Origin: a virus
Taxonomy: Duplodnaviria; Caudoviricetes
Strand: one strand, 5' to 3'
Virus record (IMG/VR): IMGVR_UViG_3300032281_001698
Location: 1-40,892 of that record
Length of the DNA: 40,892 nucleotides
Below the pieces are notes generated by a model, which did no database searches, had not been told where the DNA came from, and was given only the letters and a program-made list of their open reading frames with translations. Positions 8,416-18,614 of this stretch are shown piece by piece. How positions within the stretch are numbered: position 1 is the first letter of the stretch; every line of letters begins with the position of its first letter. The translations under genes and the position numbers were made by a program.

Positions 8416-9120
8416 ATGAATTATCGAGTATCAGTAATCACTTCAATATTTAAAGCTGGTGAATTTATAGATCACTTTTTACAAGATATAAAAAGACAAT
8501 CAATCTTTCATGAATGTGAATTCTTATTATTAGATGCAGATTCACCACACGAAGAGTTGAACGACATAACTCCATTTTTAGATTTTAAAAATATTAAATA
8601 TTTTAATATTGGCAACTGCTCAGTATATGAAGCATGGAATAAAGGAATTGAATTATCAACATCCAATTTTTTAACTAATTGGAATACAGACGATAGAAGA
8701 TCTTATAATTCATTACAAAAACAAGTAGAAGTTTTAGAATCTAATAGTTCAATTGATCTGTGTTATGGATATACAATTCAAACAGACAAACCTAATTTAA
8801 ATTTTGAATTTTGCGATAAAAATAAAGTCATAAATTGTTATGAAGGTAAAATTGAAGACATGTTAAAAACCAATTCTCCGCACTGTATGCCAATGTGGAG
8901 AAAAGACATGCACGAAAGATTTGGACTTTTTGATACGAAATATTTTTCAGCTGCGGATTATGATATGTGGTTAAGGGTTTTAACTGGTGATGGTAAATTC
9001 CAAAAAATAAATGAAATTATTGGATCTTATTATCACAACCCAAATGGTGTTTCAACAAAACAAGAAACATTAAAAAAGGCCATTGACGAAGTAATAGAAG
9101 TAAGAAAAAAATATTCATGA
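8416..9120 (+). CDS. Glycosyltransferase family 2
   Basis: VSVITSIF, LLDADS, YEAWNKGI, NTDD, AADYDMWLR. Confidence 0.9.
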   Translation: MNYRVSVITSIFKAGEFIDHFLQDIKRQSIFHECEFLLLDADSPHEELNDITPFLDFKNIKYFNIGNCSVYEAWNKGIELSTSNFLTNWNTDDRRSYNSLQKQVEVLESNSSIDLCYGYTIQTDKPNLNFEFCDKNKVINCYEGKIEDMLKTNSPHCMPMWRKDMHERFGLFDTKYFSAADYDMWLRVLTGDGKFQKINEIIGSYYHNPNGVSTKQETLKKAIDEVIEVRKKYS

Positions 9121-9776
9121 AAAAAATAATATCATTTTCATTATGGGGTAATGATCCAAAATACTGTGATGGTGCAGTAAAAAACGCAATCTTATCAAAG
9201 ATTATATATCCAGATTGGATCTGTAGATTTTATATTTCAGATAATGTAGATAAATCAATTATTGATAAACTAGAAAAAGAAAATTCAGAAATTTTTATTA
9301 AAAAAGATAAACCAGATTGGTCTTCAATGTTTTGGAGATTCGAAGCTGGTTACGATAATAATATTGATATTGTTATCTTTAGAGATACTGACTCAAGATT
9401 GAATTTAAGAGAAAAAAATGCAGTTGATGAGTGGGAAAAATCTGATAAGACATTTCACATCATGAGAGACCATCCGCATCACGGATATCCAATTCTTGGC
9501 GGAATGTGGGGAATGAAAGTTAATAAAAAATATGATTTTGAAAATATTCTAAAATCTTTTAAACCAGAAAATCAATATGGAACTGATTATGTATTTTTTA
9601 TAAATACATTATTTCCATTTATTGGTGATGATAAAATTACACATGATGAATTTTTCGAAAAGAAACCTTTTCCAACGAAAAGGGAGAGCTATGAATTTGT
9701 TGGTCAAGTTTTTAATGGAAACGATGAAACACCAATAGAACATATCAACGCATTGTCTAGTTATGAATTTTTTTAA
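9117..9776 (+). CDS. Putative GT-A-fold glycosyltransferase-like protein
   Basis: IISFSLWG, MFWRF, DxD motif RDTDSR, MRDHPHH, ILGGMWG; island context. Confidence 0.55.
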   Translation: MKKIISFSLWGNDPKYCDGAVKNAILSKIIYPDWICRFYISDNVDKSIIDKLEKENSEIFIKKDKPDWSSMFWRFEAGYDNNIDIVIFRDTDSRLNLREKNAVDEWEKSDKTFHIMRDHPHHGYPILGGMWGMKVNKKYDFENILKSFKPENQYGTDYVFFINTLFPFIGDDKITHDEFFEKKPFPTKRESYEFVGQVFNGNDETPIEHINALSSYEFF

Positions 9777-10719
9777 TATAGATTGTCACATATCTGTTAT
9801 AGCAGATATCAAAAACATCTTTGAAGATCTTGGTCATAAAGTCGATTCATGGTCATTGTCTGGACACAAATGGGTTTTTAATTTACCAAACTGTCCGTCC
9901 AAAATTATAAACGAAAACAATTGGAAAAACTTAAACGAAGAAATGGTTGAAATTTTTTATAAATTTCACAAAGATGAATTAGACAAGTATGATGCATTTA
10001 TATGTGCATATCCGCCTTGTTTTTTGAAATTATTTGAAAAGTTCAACAAACCAATTATCGTAATTGCAGCGACAAGGTATGATTATCCATTTGCCGATGA
10101 CCCTAAAAGACTAGCGTGGTTAGAGGAGTCATTAAACAATAATAAAAATTTAATTTTAGTTGCAAACAATCAATTTGATCAAAAATATTGTGAGCTTTTT
10201 CTTGAAAAAGAATGGCAATGGATTCCTAGTTTATGTAAATATACAAATTCAAAATATAAACCAATAAAAAATCAATCTATAATTTTTAGTAAATTTTTAA
10301 TTGATTTTAATAATCATGATTTTATACATCAAAGTAAAATTCATCAATATTCATGGGACGAGCTTTACTCATATCAAAGTATAATTCATCTTCCATACAA
10401 TATTTCAACCATGTCTATATTTGAACAATATGAAGCTGGAGTTCCGCTTAATTTTCCATCATTAGAGTATGCAATTGAATTAATAAACAATAAAATACCA
10501 TTATTTTCTGAAATTGTTTTTCCAAATAATAATCCAGATAGGCAACCTAATCTTTTTCTAAATAAAAAATGGCTATCTTATTCAGATTTTTACAACGGAA
10601 CAATAAAAGCTTCGTTTTTCCAATTGGATAATATAAAAAAACCAGAAATAAATATTGATTACCAATCAAATAAAGATATAATTTATTCATTGTGGACAAA
10701 AATTTTAAATGAATTATGA
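9763..10719 (+). CDS. Putative GT-B-fold glycosyltransferase-like protein
   Basis: IIHLPYNISTMSIFEQYEAGVP resembles the GT-B donor-binding motif. Confidence 0.55.
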   Translation: MNFFNIDCHISVIADIKNIFEDLGHKVDSWSLSGHKWVFNLPNCPSKIINENNWKNLNEEMVEIFYKFHKDELDKYDAFICAYPPCFLKLFEKFNKPIIVIAATRYDYPFADDPKRLAWLEESLNNNKNLILVANNQFDQKYCELFLEKEWQWIPSLCKYTNSKYKPIKNQSIIFSKFLIDFNNHDFIHQSKIHQYSWDELYSYQSIIHLPYNISTMSIFEQYEAGVPLNFPSLEYAIELINNKIPLFSEIVFPNNNPDRQPNLFLNKKWLSYSDFYNGTIKASFFQLDNIKKPEINIDYQSNKDIIYSLWTKILNEL

Positions 10720-11312
10720 TTGGACAAATAGATTTAAAGGACGAGGCTGGCTTGCATATTAGAAAAATATGCGAAAGAGAAGATGTCCAAAATATTATTG
10801 AAATAGGAACATGGAACGGGATGGGGTCCACTTTTTGTATATATGAGGCAATTAAAAACACAAATAAAAAATTAATTTCTTTAGAGACATGTAAAGAAAT
10901 GTATGATGTCGCTTTTGATTTTTACCAAGATAAAAAAGAAGTTTCTATTATTAATGGATTCATTAGTGACAATCTATTAGATTTTAACTTATTGGATGAT
11001 TCATTTTTTACTGATTATGATAAAAATTTAAAACTATCATGGTATAATGAAGATTTAAAAAACATTAATAATTGTAAAAATGTTTTAGATCAAATTCCAG
11101 AAAAAATAGACTTTCTAATTTTAGATGGAGGAGAATATTCCAGTTGGGATGAATATTTAATTTTAAAAGATAGATCAAAAATTATATTTCTTGATGATAC
11201 CAGACCGCCAACAATTAAAAATTTTATGGCAAGAGAAGATTTGCTTAAAACTCGTAAAGTCATAGTAGATGATTTATACAATAGAAATGGATATTGTATT
11301 TTTGAAATATGA
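10716..11312 (+). CDS. Class I SAM-dependent methyltransferase
   Basis: IIEIGTWNGMGST (motif I), IDFLILDGGE, LDDT. Confidence 0.8.
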   Translation: MIGQIDLKDEAGLHIRKICEREDVQNIIEIGTWNGMGSTFCIYEAIKNTNKKLISLETCKEMYDVAFDFYQDKKEVSIINGFISDNLLDFNLLDDSFFTDYDKNLKLSWYNEDLKNINNCKNVLDQIPEKIDFLILDGGEYSSWDEYLILKDRSKIIFLDDTRPPTIKNFMAREDLLKTRKVIVDDLYNRNGYCIFEI

Positions 11313-12130
11313 AAATAGCAATACAAACAATAATTTTTAATGGCGAAAAACATTTACCTGATAAAATGTTGCTTGCGTGGCTTGAACAAGCAAACAACAT
11401 AGCGGATTCTGTATTTATAACAGAAGGGGCAACTAAAGCAATAAATCATTATTGGGATGGCGACACATCAGAATTCACATTAGATGGCAAATCTACTGAT
11501 AATACATGCTCAATAATTAAAGAATATATAAAAGATAAACCTAAATTCTTTTTAAAAGAAGCGAATGGATTTTGGGATGGAAAAACCAATATGTTAAATT
11601 ATTGGTTTTATAAAAATTCTCCAATTTATGAAGTTGACTATGTTTGGCAGATTGATGTTGATGAATTTTATACAAATGAAAATATAAAAAAAATAATTAA
11701 TTTATTAATTACTGAACAACCATCAAGAGTTGATTTTTTTGCTAATCATTTTTGGGGTGATTTTAACCACTGCATCGACGAAAGATCAGATGGAGTCTGG
11801 GCCAATCAAATTCCTTGGATGAGAATTTTTAAAATTAATAAAGACAGTAGATGGATTTCACACGAGCCTCCAAATATGTATTTCAATGAATATGAAAAGA
11901 TTATCTCAAAATATGAAACACTAAAATTGAAAATAAAACTTGATCATTATAGCTATGTCACTTATGATCAAGTATCTTTTAAAAGCAAATTTTACAACGC
12001 TCCAAATAAATTAAAATTATTCAATGAATGGCAATATGATAAAAATACAAAAATATTTGGATGCGATGTTTTTCCTTTTAAAGATAAGCATTCAGAAATA
12101 ATAAATAAATATTACAAAAAATATGAATAA
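11309..12130 (+). CDS. Glycosyltransferase family 2-like
   Basis: ITEG, STDNT, WQIDVDEFY (DxD), HE, HYSY. Confidence 0.75.
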   Translation: MKIAIQTIIFNGEKHLPDKMLLAWLEQANNIADSVFITEGATKAINHYWDGDTSEFTLDGKSTDNTCSIIKEYIKDKPKFFLKEANGFWDGKTNMLNYWFYKNSPIYEVDYVWQIDVDEFYTNENIKKIINLLITEQPSRVDFFANHFWGDFNHCIDERSDGVWANQIPWMRIFKINKDSRWISHEPPNMYFNEYEKIISKYETLKLKIKLDHYSYVTYDQVSFKSKFYNAPNKLKLFNEWQYDKNTKIFGCDVFPFKDKHSEIINKYYKKYE

Positions 12131-12779
12131 TATTTTAGAAAGCGTCAAACAAAATATTAAATTTCAAGGTGGAGCCGATTATGAAGACTTCCAGGCGGTG
12201 GCTTTTTTAGAATGTTTAAATGAAATAAAAACAGAAAACCCAATAATGATAGAATTAGGTTCTAATGATTGTTTTTATTCTATTTTATTTAATAAATTTT
12301 TTCATCATTTAAATAATAAATTAAATATATGTATTGAAGTTAGTAGTAAACTTATTGATCTTGGTAGATCAAATGTTGAATTAAGTTGCTGTGATAATTT
12401 TAAATTTAAACACTGCAAGATTGGAGAAATAGACCAAGATTATTTTGATATGATTTCTAGATCAAGTCCTGACTTATGGGGATATTTAGCGACAGAAACA
12501 ACAAGCTTAAATCAATTAATAAACGAGTTTCAGCTAGAAAATATATCCATGTTACATATGGATATTCAAGGTTCTGAAATTTTTATTTTGAATGAATTGT
12601 CAAATTTAAATATTAATATTAATTATATTTTCATCTCTACTCATACTAATTCATTCCTTGGACCAACACATAGTAAATGTTTAGAGATTTTGAAAAATAT
12701 AAATTTTGAAATATTATTTAACAATGAATCAGAGGGTGGCTATGGAGACGGTTTAATCATAGCAAAAATAAATAAATAA
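12123..12779 (+). CDS. FkbM-family methyltransferase
   Basis: MIELGS, LHMDIQGSE, IFISTH. Confidence 0.8.
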   Translation: MNNILESVKQNIKFQGGADYEDFQAVAFLECLNEIKTENPIMIELGSNDCFYSILFNKFFHHLNNKLNICIEVSSKLIDLGRSNVELSCCDNFKFKHCKIGEIDQDYFDMISRSSPDLWGYLATETTSLNQLINEFQLENISMLHMDIQGSEIFILNELSNLNININYIFISTHTNSFLGPTHSKCLEILKNINFEILFNNESEGGYGDGLIIAKINK

Positions 12780-12783
12780 ATAA

Positions 12784-13908
12784 ATGAATAATTTAGAAGA
12801 AAAATATACAGGCAAAAAAATAGATCACATGAATATACTAAATATCGAAGATGCGGGAAAAATTATTGGTAATAAAAAATCTATTATTGTAACTGGAGTA
12901 ACTGGCCAAGACGGAAGTCATATGGTAGATTTTTTATTAAAGAATACAGATTATGAAATAATTGGTTGTGTTCGTAGGTTAAGTGTTTATAATCATAAAA
13001 ACTTGTCCCATATTAATAATAAAAGATTTCATTTAATTAATTTTGATCTTACTGATTGTCATTCAATTTCAAGAGTAATTGAAAAACTTAAACCTGATTA
13101 TTTTATTAATTTAGCCGCACAAAGCTTTGTTGGAAGTAGTTGGGATTTTGCTCAACAAACATGGGAAACAAATGCAACTTCAGTTTTAAATATTTTAGAG
13201 GCTATTAGAAACTATCATCCGACATGTAGATTTTATCAAGCTGGGTCTTCTGAAGAGTTTGGAGATGTTATAACAGTACCACAAAATGAAGATCATCCTC
13301 TTCGCCCAAGAAGTCCATATGGAGCATCAAAAGCTGCTGCACGACAGATTGTTAAAGTTTGGAAAGAATCATATGGATTATATGCAGTACAAGGTTGGTT
13401 GTTTAATCATGAAGGAACAAGGCGCGGTGTTGAATTTGTAACTAGAAAAATTACTACTAATATTGCTCGTATAAAATTAGCACTAAACAATAATAATGAT
13501 TTTTATCCACTAGAACTTGGTAATTTGGAAGCAAAAAGAGATTGGAGTGATGCGGAAGATTTTGTAGAAGGTATTTGGCTAATGCTTAATCAAAACGAAC
13601 CTAAAGATTATGTTTTATCATCAAACGAAACCCACACAATTCGCGAATTTGTTGAATTAGCTTTTCAAGCCGCAACCATTGAAGGATTTTGGTCTGGTGA
13701 AGGTATTTATGAAAAATATATAGAAAAAAATACCAATAAAACATTACTTATTATTAATAAAAATTTTTATAGACCAGCTGAAGTTGAATTACTACTTGGA
13801 GACTCAAGTAAAGCTCGTAAAGAACTTGGGTGGAAACCAAAAACATCTTTTAAAGAACTGGTTGACAAAATGATAAAATGGGATATACTTGAGCATGGCC
13901 AAGGCTAA
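12784..13908 (+). CDS. gmd: GDP-mannose 4,6-dehydratase
   Basis: TGVTGQDGS, NLAAQSFV, SSEEFG, SPYGASK, FNHE, FVTRK, LGNLEAKRDW, RPAEVELLLGD. Confidence 0.97.
   Translation: MNNLEEKYTGKKIDHMNILNIEDAGKIIGNKKSIIVTGVTGQDGSHMVDFLLKNTDYEIIGCVRRLSVYNHKNLSHINNKRFHLINFDLTDCHSISRVIEKLKPDYFINLAAQSFVGSSWDFAQQTWETNATSVLNILEAIRNYHPTCRFYQAGSSEEFGDVITVPQNEDHPLRPRSPYGASKAAARQIVKVWKESYGLYAVQGWLFNHEGTRRGVEFVTRKITTNIARIKLALNNNNDFYPLELGNLEAKRDWSDAEDFVEGIWLMLNQNEPKDYVLSSNETHTIREFVELAFQAATIEGFWSGEGIYEKYIEKNTNKTLLIINKNFYRPAEVELLLGDSSKARKELGWKPKTSFKELVDKMIKWDILEHGQG
13862..13889 (+). promoter_or_regulatory. Sigma70-type promoter, leaderless, for the recA operon
   Basis: TTGACA-16-TATACT, then 5 nt to ATG 13895. Confidence 0.7.
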
Positions 13909-14239
13909 GATTAATAAAAAACATATTCTTGCCAAACTTACGCTTATCCCTACAAAGGATAAGCGTTTATTTTATATGCGCGAAATGAAATTTTTAAATC
14001 TTTTATGTGAAAGATATTCATTAGAATTTATGAATATAGTGTCATTTGAAAAAAAATTCGATTCATTAGCTTATTTGGTTAGCGATAAATTAAAAAACGT
14101 TCTTGATAAAAAGTACAGAGCATTCAATTTTAAGATTGACTTATCAAAATATCAGACTTACAATATTGGAGATAAATCTGGAGAAGATTTAGAAATAAAA
14201 CGACTAGTTAAAACAATTAAAGATTTTTTAAATGAATAA
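13895..14239 (+). CDS. Hypothetical basic protein
   Basis: ORF coupled to recA; start placed at the ATG after the promoter. Confidence 0.65.
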   Translation: MAKAKINKKHILAKLTLIPTKDKRLFYMREMKFLNLLCERYSLEFMNIVSFEKKFDSLAYLVSDKLKNVLDKKYRAFNFKIDLSKYQTYNIGDKSGEDLEIKRLVKTIKDFLNE

Positions 14240-15371
14240 AAGCAAAACGAAAGAAAAAGAACCGATATCATCTCAAAATATTTTAGATTCATTTTTAAAA
14301 TCAAATAAAAGCGATCATTATAATTTTGAAGATGAAATTACATATAAAGTATCTAGCGGGTCTCTTCAATTAGATTTGCAACTAGATGGCGGATTTGGTC
14401 CAGGACTTCATAGATTTGTTGGTATGAATGAAGGTGGAAAAACATCAGAGTCTTTAGAGATTGTTAAAAATTTCTTGAGAGACCTACCAGATACAAAGGC
14501 TTTTTATATCAAAGCTGAGGGTAGACTCTCTCCAGAAATGAGGGAAAGATCTGGCGTTAAGTTCGTTTTTTCGGCTGAAGAATGGGTGGTTGGCACATGT
14601 TTTGTTTTTGAAAGTAATATTTATGAAACAGTTGTTGATATTATGAGGGAACTCATTTCCAAAAATGATGAAAAAGTTAAATATTGCTTTTTGTTAGATT
14701 CTGTTGACGGATTAATCACTAGAGGAGATCTAGATAAAAGTTTTGAGGATAGTAATAAAGTAGCTGGTGGAGCGGTTATCGCTGCCAACTTTATGAAAAG
14801 ATTATCAATTGCCTTGGCGAAAAGAGGCCACATGGCAATTTTTATTAGTCAAGTTAGGGCTGATATTAAGTTAGATCCATATACAAAAGCTCCAATTAGA
14901 CAAACAAGTGCAACTGGTGGAAACGCACTGCTTCACTTTGCTAATTATATAATTGAATTTGAGGCAAGATATAAAGGAGATTTAATACTACAAGACCCAA
15001 CCAACAAAACACCCGATATTCAAAAAAATCCAATTATTGGACATTTTGCAAAGGTGACTGTTAAAAAGTCACCAAATGAAAAAACAAATATGACTATTTC
15101 GTATCCAATTAGATATGGAAGAAAAAATGGAACTTCAATATGGATTGAAAAAGAAATTGTAGATTTGCTTTACGCATGGGAATTTATAGAAAAAAAAGGT
15201 TCTTGGATTAATCTATCCGACGAATTTAAAGAAATGCTAAATGAAAACGGATTTATCCTTTCCGATAAGATTCAAGGAGATTATAATTTATTTAAAATAA
15301 TTGAAGACGATAAAAAATTATGTCAGTTTTTAACTGCTTATTTCAAATCAGCAATTTGCAATCAAAATTAA
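14232..15371 (+). CDS. recA: RecA/UvsX-family recombinase
   Basis: SSGSLQLDLQL.GG, Walker A GMNEGGKT, LDSV, ISQVR, TGGNALLHFA. Confidence 0.9.
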   Translation: MNKSKTKEKEPISSQNILDSFLKSNKSDHYNFEDEITYKVSSGSLQLDLQLDGGFGPGLHRFVGMNEGGKTSESLEIVKNFLRDLPDTKAFYIKAEGRLSPEMRERSGVKFVFSAEEWVVGTCFVFESNIYETVVDIMRELISKNDEKVKYCFLLDSVDGLITRGDLDKSFEDSNKVAGGAVIAANFMKRLSIALAKRGHMAIFISQVRADIKLDPYTKAPIRQTSATGGNALLHFANYIIEFEARYKGDLILQDPTNKTPDIQKNPIIGHFAKVTVKKSPNEKTNMTISYPIRYGRKNGTSIWIEKEIVDLLYAWEFIEKKGSWINLSDEFKEMLNENGFILSDKIQGDYNLFKIIEDDKKLCQFLTAYFKSAICNQN

Positions 15372-15372
15372 T

Positions 15373-15780
15373 ATGAAATTTATTGGTTTAGATGGAAGAG
15401 AGAAAAATCTCAAAAACGCTAAAAAGTATTTAATTGATTGGCAAAAGGATAGTAGAAGCAAACTTCAATTAAATGTAAAAAATTTTCTTCAGCCATATTG
15501 GAGTACTGATATTGTGTTTGAAGAATTTAGAATAGCTGGAACAAGATTAACGTTTGATTTTTATAATGCTAATAAAAAAATAGCTATCGAAGTCCAAGGG
15601 CAACAACACACAAAATATATAAAATTTTTCCATACCAATAGATTAAAATATTTACAACAACTAAAAAGAGATCATAAAAAGCTAGAGTTTTGTGAAAAAA
15701 ACAATATAAAATTAATAGAGATATATCATACAGATGTTGTCTCAAAAGAATTTTTTGAAAATCAAGATATTTATTTATAA
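15373..15780 (+). CDS. PD-(D/E)XK endonuclease (Vsr/DUF559-like)
   Basis: FDFY...IAIEVQGQQH...RDHKK..FC...NIKLIEI. Confidence 0.75.
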   Translation: MKFIGLDGREKNLKNAKKYLIDWQKDSRSKLQLNVKNFLQPYWSTDIVFEEFRIAGTRLTFDFYNANKKIAIEVQGQQHTKYIKFFHTNRLKYLQQLKRDHKKLEFCEKNNIKLIEIYHTDVVSKEFFENQDIYL

Positions 15781-16025
15781 TGAGTGAATTTGAACCATAC
15801 GAACAACCTGAATTTAGCATACCAGAGAACTTAGTTAATAAGCTTTATGAATTTAGTGGCGATTCCGATAAATATAAAGGGGTAATTATCGCATGTGTAA
15901 CTGAGAAGGGTCATCCATTAATTTACTCTAGATTTGATTCAATGATTACAGAGCTTGGGTTAAGAAAAGCGATGATGGATTTCTTGGAGAAGTCTGATGG
16001 AGATACTGAATGCATCTCAGATTAA
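15780..16025 (+). CDS. Hypothetical acidic protein
   Basis: 81-aa ORF overlapping the upstream stop (TAATG). Confidence 0.65.
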   Translation: MSEFEPYEQPEFSIPENLVNKLYEFSGDSDKYKGVIIACVTEKGHPLIYSRFDSMITELGLRKAMMDFLEKSDGDTECISD

Positions 16026-16027
16026 TC

Positions 16028-16056
16028 TTGATTTTGATATAGATACATGTTAATTT
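16028..16056 (+). promoter_or_regulatory. Sigma70-type promoter, leaderless, for dnaB
   Basis: TTGATT-17-TAATTT with TGn extension, 7 nt before ATG 16064. Confidence 0.55.
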
Positions 16057-16063
16057 AGTAATA

Positions 16064-17578
16064 ATGATATACAACTTTGAAATAGAGAAACAGTTTCTTG
16101 CTGGGCTAATTAAAGAGCCAGATAATTTTTCTCAAATTGCAAACTTTATAAGTGCATCTGATTTTTATTCAGATCAAAGCAATCTTCATAGCACTATTTT
16201 TACAATTATAAAACAAGCCATTGAAGCTGGCGATGCAATAGATGAAATCATCATTGCCCAAAGAGTGAATTCTATAGGGCTATCTTTTGAAGACAATGTA
16301 AACCCATCTGATTATATTAAATCCTTAGCTTTGAGGAAAGTACCATTTGGTAATTTAATTAAAACAGCTAAAGAATTAAAAAAATACTCCGTAAGAAGAG
16401 AAATATATAATTCCGCGCAAAATGTTTCAAAGACAATGAAAACAATTGCGCCAGAGTCGTCTTACAAACAGATAGTTGAATCTGCTGATGTTATATATAA
16501 TTCAAAAATTAATTTATTTGAAATCGGAAACGATACACCAGAAAACATCTATGATGAAATGGAAAATATCGTAGAAGACAGAGGTAATAATCCAATCACT
16601 GAATTTGGTATGATGGGACCACATACTAAAGTAAATGAGATTTATGGTTCTCTATTAAGACCTGGAAATATCACTGTTATCGTTGCTAGATCTGGAGTTG
16701 GTAAAACACAGTTTTGCATGGATTACTCAACAAAGGTTAGTGCAAAATATAAAGTTCCAGTTCTGCATTTTGATAATGGAGAAATGAGTAAAGAAGAGCT
16801 TGTCATGAGGCAGTGTGCCGCACTATCTGGAGTACCAATGCATTTGATTGAAAGCGGCAAATGGAGACAAGCTGGCGAGGAAACTGTAAACAAAATTAGA
16901 TCAGTTTGGAATAAGATTAAAGATCTAAAATTTTATTATTATAATGTTGGCGGCATGGACGTAGATTCAATGATTAATACCTTGAAAAGATTTTATTATT
17001 CTAAAGTTGGCAGAGGGAATAGCATGATATTTTCTTTTGACTACATCAAAACAACATCAGAAGCATCTAACAATAAAAATGAATGGCAAGTTGTTGGGGA
17101 AATGGTTGATAAATTTAAGAAGTGTATTCAAAAAGAAATTCTAGAAGATGGCAATCCAGTAATACCTATGATTACTTCCGTTCAGTCAAATAGAAGCGGA
17201 ATCACCAATAATCGTAATTCACAAAATATCATTGACGACGAAAGCATCGTCTCTCTTTCTGATAGAATTACTCAATTCTGCTCTCATATGTTCATCTTGA
17301 GAAATAAAACATCAGATGAAATAGAGACAGAGGGAGCTAGATTTGGAACTCATAAATTAGTTAATGTAAAATCAAGACATCTTGGTCAGGATATTGCTGG
17401 CGCAGTTGAACCAGTCCGCATTAATGACACCTTAAGAAAAAACTTTATTAATCTTGAATTTAGAAACTTTAACATTAAAGAATGTGGAGATTTGAGAGAT
17501 ATTGCAAGAGCTTTAGAAGGAACAGAACTAGATGATGATAACGAAAATGATGAAATCCCAGACTTTGATAGATTCTAA
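16064..17578 (+). CDS. dnaB: Replicative DNA helicase
   Basis: DnaB N-domain (IEKQFLAGL, DFY...H..IF), ARSGVGKT, GEMS, FDY, QSNR, VKSRH. Confidence 0.93.
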   Translation: MIYNFEIEKQFLAGLIKEPDNFSQIANFISASDFYSDQSNLHSTIFTIIKQAIEAGDAIDEIIIAQRVNSIGLSFEDNVNPSDYIKSLALRKVPFGNLIKTAKELKKYSVRREIYNSAQNVSKTMKTIAPESSYKQIVESADVIYNSKINLFEIGNDTPENIYDEMENIVEDRGNNPITEFGMMGPHTKVNEIYGSLLRPGNITVIVARSGVGKTQFCMDYSTKVSAKYKVPVLHFDNGEMSKEELVMRQCAALSGVPMHLIESGKWRQAGEETVNKIRSVWNKIKDLKFYYYNVGGMDVDSMINTLKRFYYSKVGRGNSMIFSFDYIKTTSEASNNKNEWQVVGEMVDKFKKCIQKEILEDGNPVIPMITSVQSNRSGITNNRNSQNIIDDESIVSLSDRITQFCSHMFILRNKTSDEIETEGARFGTHKLVNVKSRHLGQDIAGAVEPVRINDTLRKNFINLEFRNFNIKECGDLRDIARALEGTELDDDNENDEIPDFDRF

Positions 17579-18614
17579 TAAAATTAAAGATATTTTAGAA
17601 TCAATAGGATATCAGTTAATTGATTGCGGAAATCATTGGAGAACAAGTGCTTTATATAGAAATGGGGATAATAAAACTGCTGTTCAAATATATAAAAATA
17701 CTGGTGTTTGGACTGATTTCGTAGACAATCAAGGACCAAAACCAATCGAAGCCTTAATAAAGCTAACATTAAAACATGATAAAAAACAATTAAATTCAAT
17801 ATTAAAAAATATTTTGAATGGAGAGGTAGTAGAATACACACCAAGAGAATTAATACAAATGGAAAACGTTTACCCGAATACAATTTTAGAAAGATTATTT
17901 CCAAATTATAACTTTTATAAGAACAGAAAAATCTCAGAAGAAACTCAAAAGTTTTTTAAGACTGGATTGGCTGGAGTTGGTCAAATGTACAGAAGAATGG
18001 TTTTTCCTATATATAATGAGCATGAACAGATCGTTGGATTTTCTGGCAGAAAAGTAGATGATAATAATGACTATCCAAAATGGAAGCATTTGGGAAAAAG
18101 AAGAAATTGGATTTATCCAGCTTATGTACCATCCGAAGACAATGTTGATAAGATTATTTCAGAAAAAAAAGAAGTCATCTTGGTTGAAAGCATAGGTGAC
18201 TGCATGTCATTATTTGAACAAGGAATAAAAAATACACTTGTTACATTTGGTTTGGGTATAAACTCTAATATTATATCGTATTTAAGCAGCAAAGAAATTA
18301 ATAAAATTATAATATCAAATAATAATGATTTTGAATCAAGTAAAAATCATGGACTTGTTTCATCTATAAAAACATTTATCGTTTTAAGTAAATTTTTTAA
18401 CTTGGATCAACTTATAATAAAATTACCACCAAAACCATATAATGATTTTAATGCTGCACACGAAGAGGATTATGATTTTAATAATTGGATCAATGCCGAA
18501 CTAGATCAAAGAAAACAATTAGAATTTATTATAGATTTCATAGAGAAAAATAGCGCCCATTTTAATATCAACGATATTAAAAAATTCAAAAAACTTTACA
18601 ATGAGCAATTTTAA
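17532..18614 (+). CDS. dnaG: DNA primase, Toprim (start may be 17547 or 17550)
   Basis: RMVFPIYN...IVGFSGR...PKW, LVESIGD, NDF; follows dnaB. Confidence 0.88.
   Translation: MMITKMMKSQTLIDSNKIKDILESIGYQLIDCGNHWRTSALYRNGDNKTAVQIYKNTGVWTDFVDNQGPKPIEALIKLTLKHDKKQLNSILKNILNGEVVEYTPRELIQMENVYPNTILERLFPNYNFYKNRKISEETQKFFKTGLAGVGQMYRRMVFPIYNEHEQIVGFSGRKVDDNNDYPKWKHLGKRRNWIYPAYVPSEDNVDKIISEKKEVILVESIGDCMSLFEQGIKNTLVTFGLGINSNIISYLSSKEINKIIISNNNDFESSKNHGLVSSIKTFIVLSKFFNLDQLIIKLPPKPYNDFNAAHEEDYDFNNWINAELDQRKQLEFIIDFIEKNSAHFNINDIKKFKKLYNEQF

Noticed and set aside
8416-13908. Bacterial chromosomal O-antigen locus or prophage boundary
   Set aside because: No wzx, wzy or ABC exporter, no integrase, and phage-type genes with the same promoter style on both sides.
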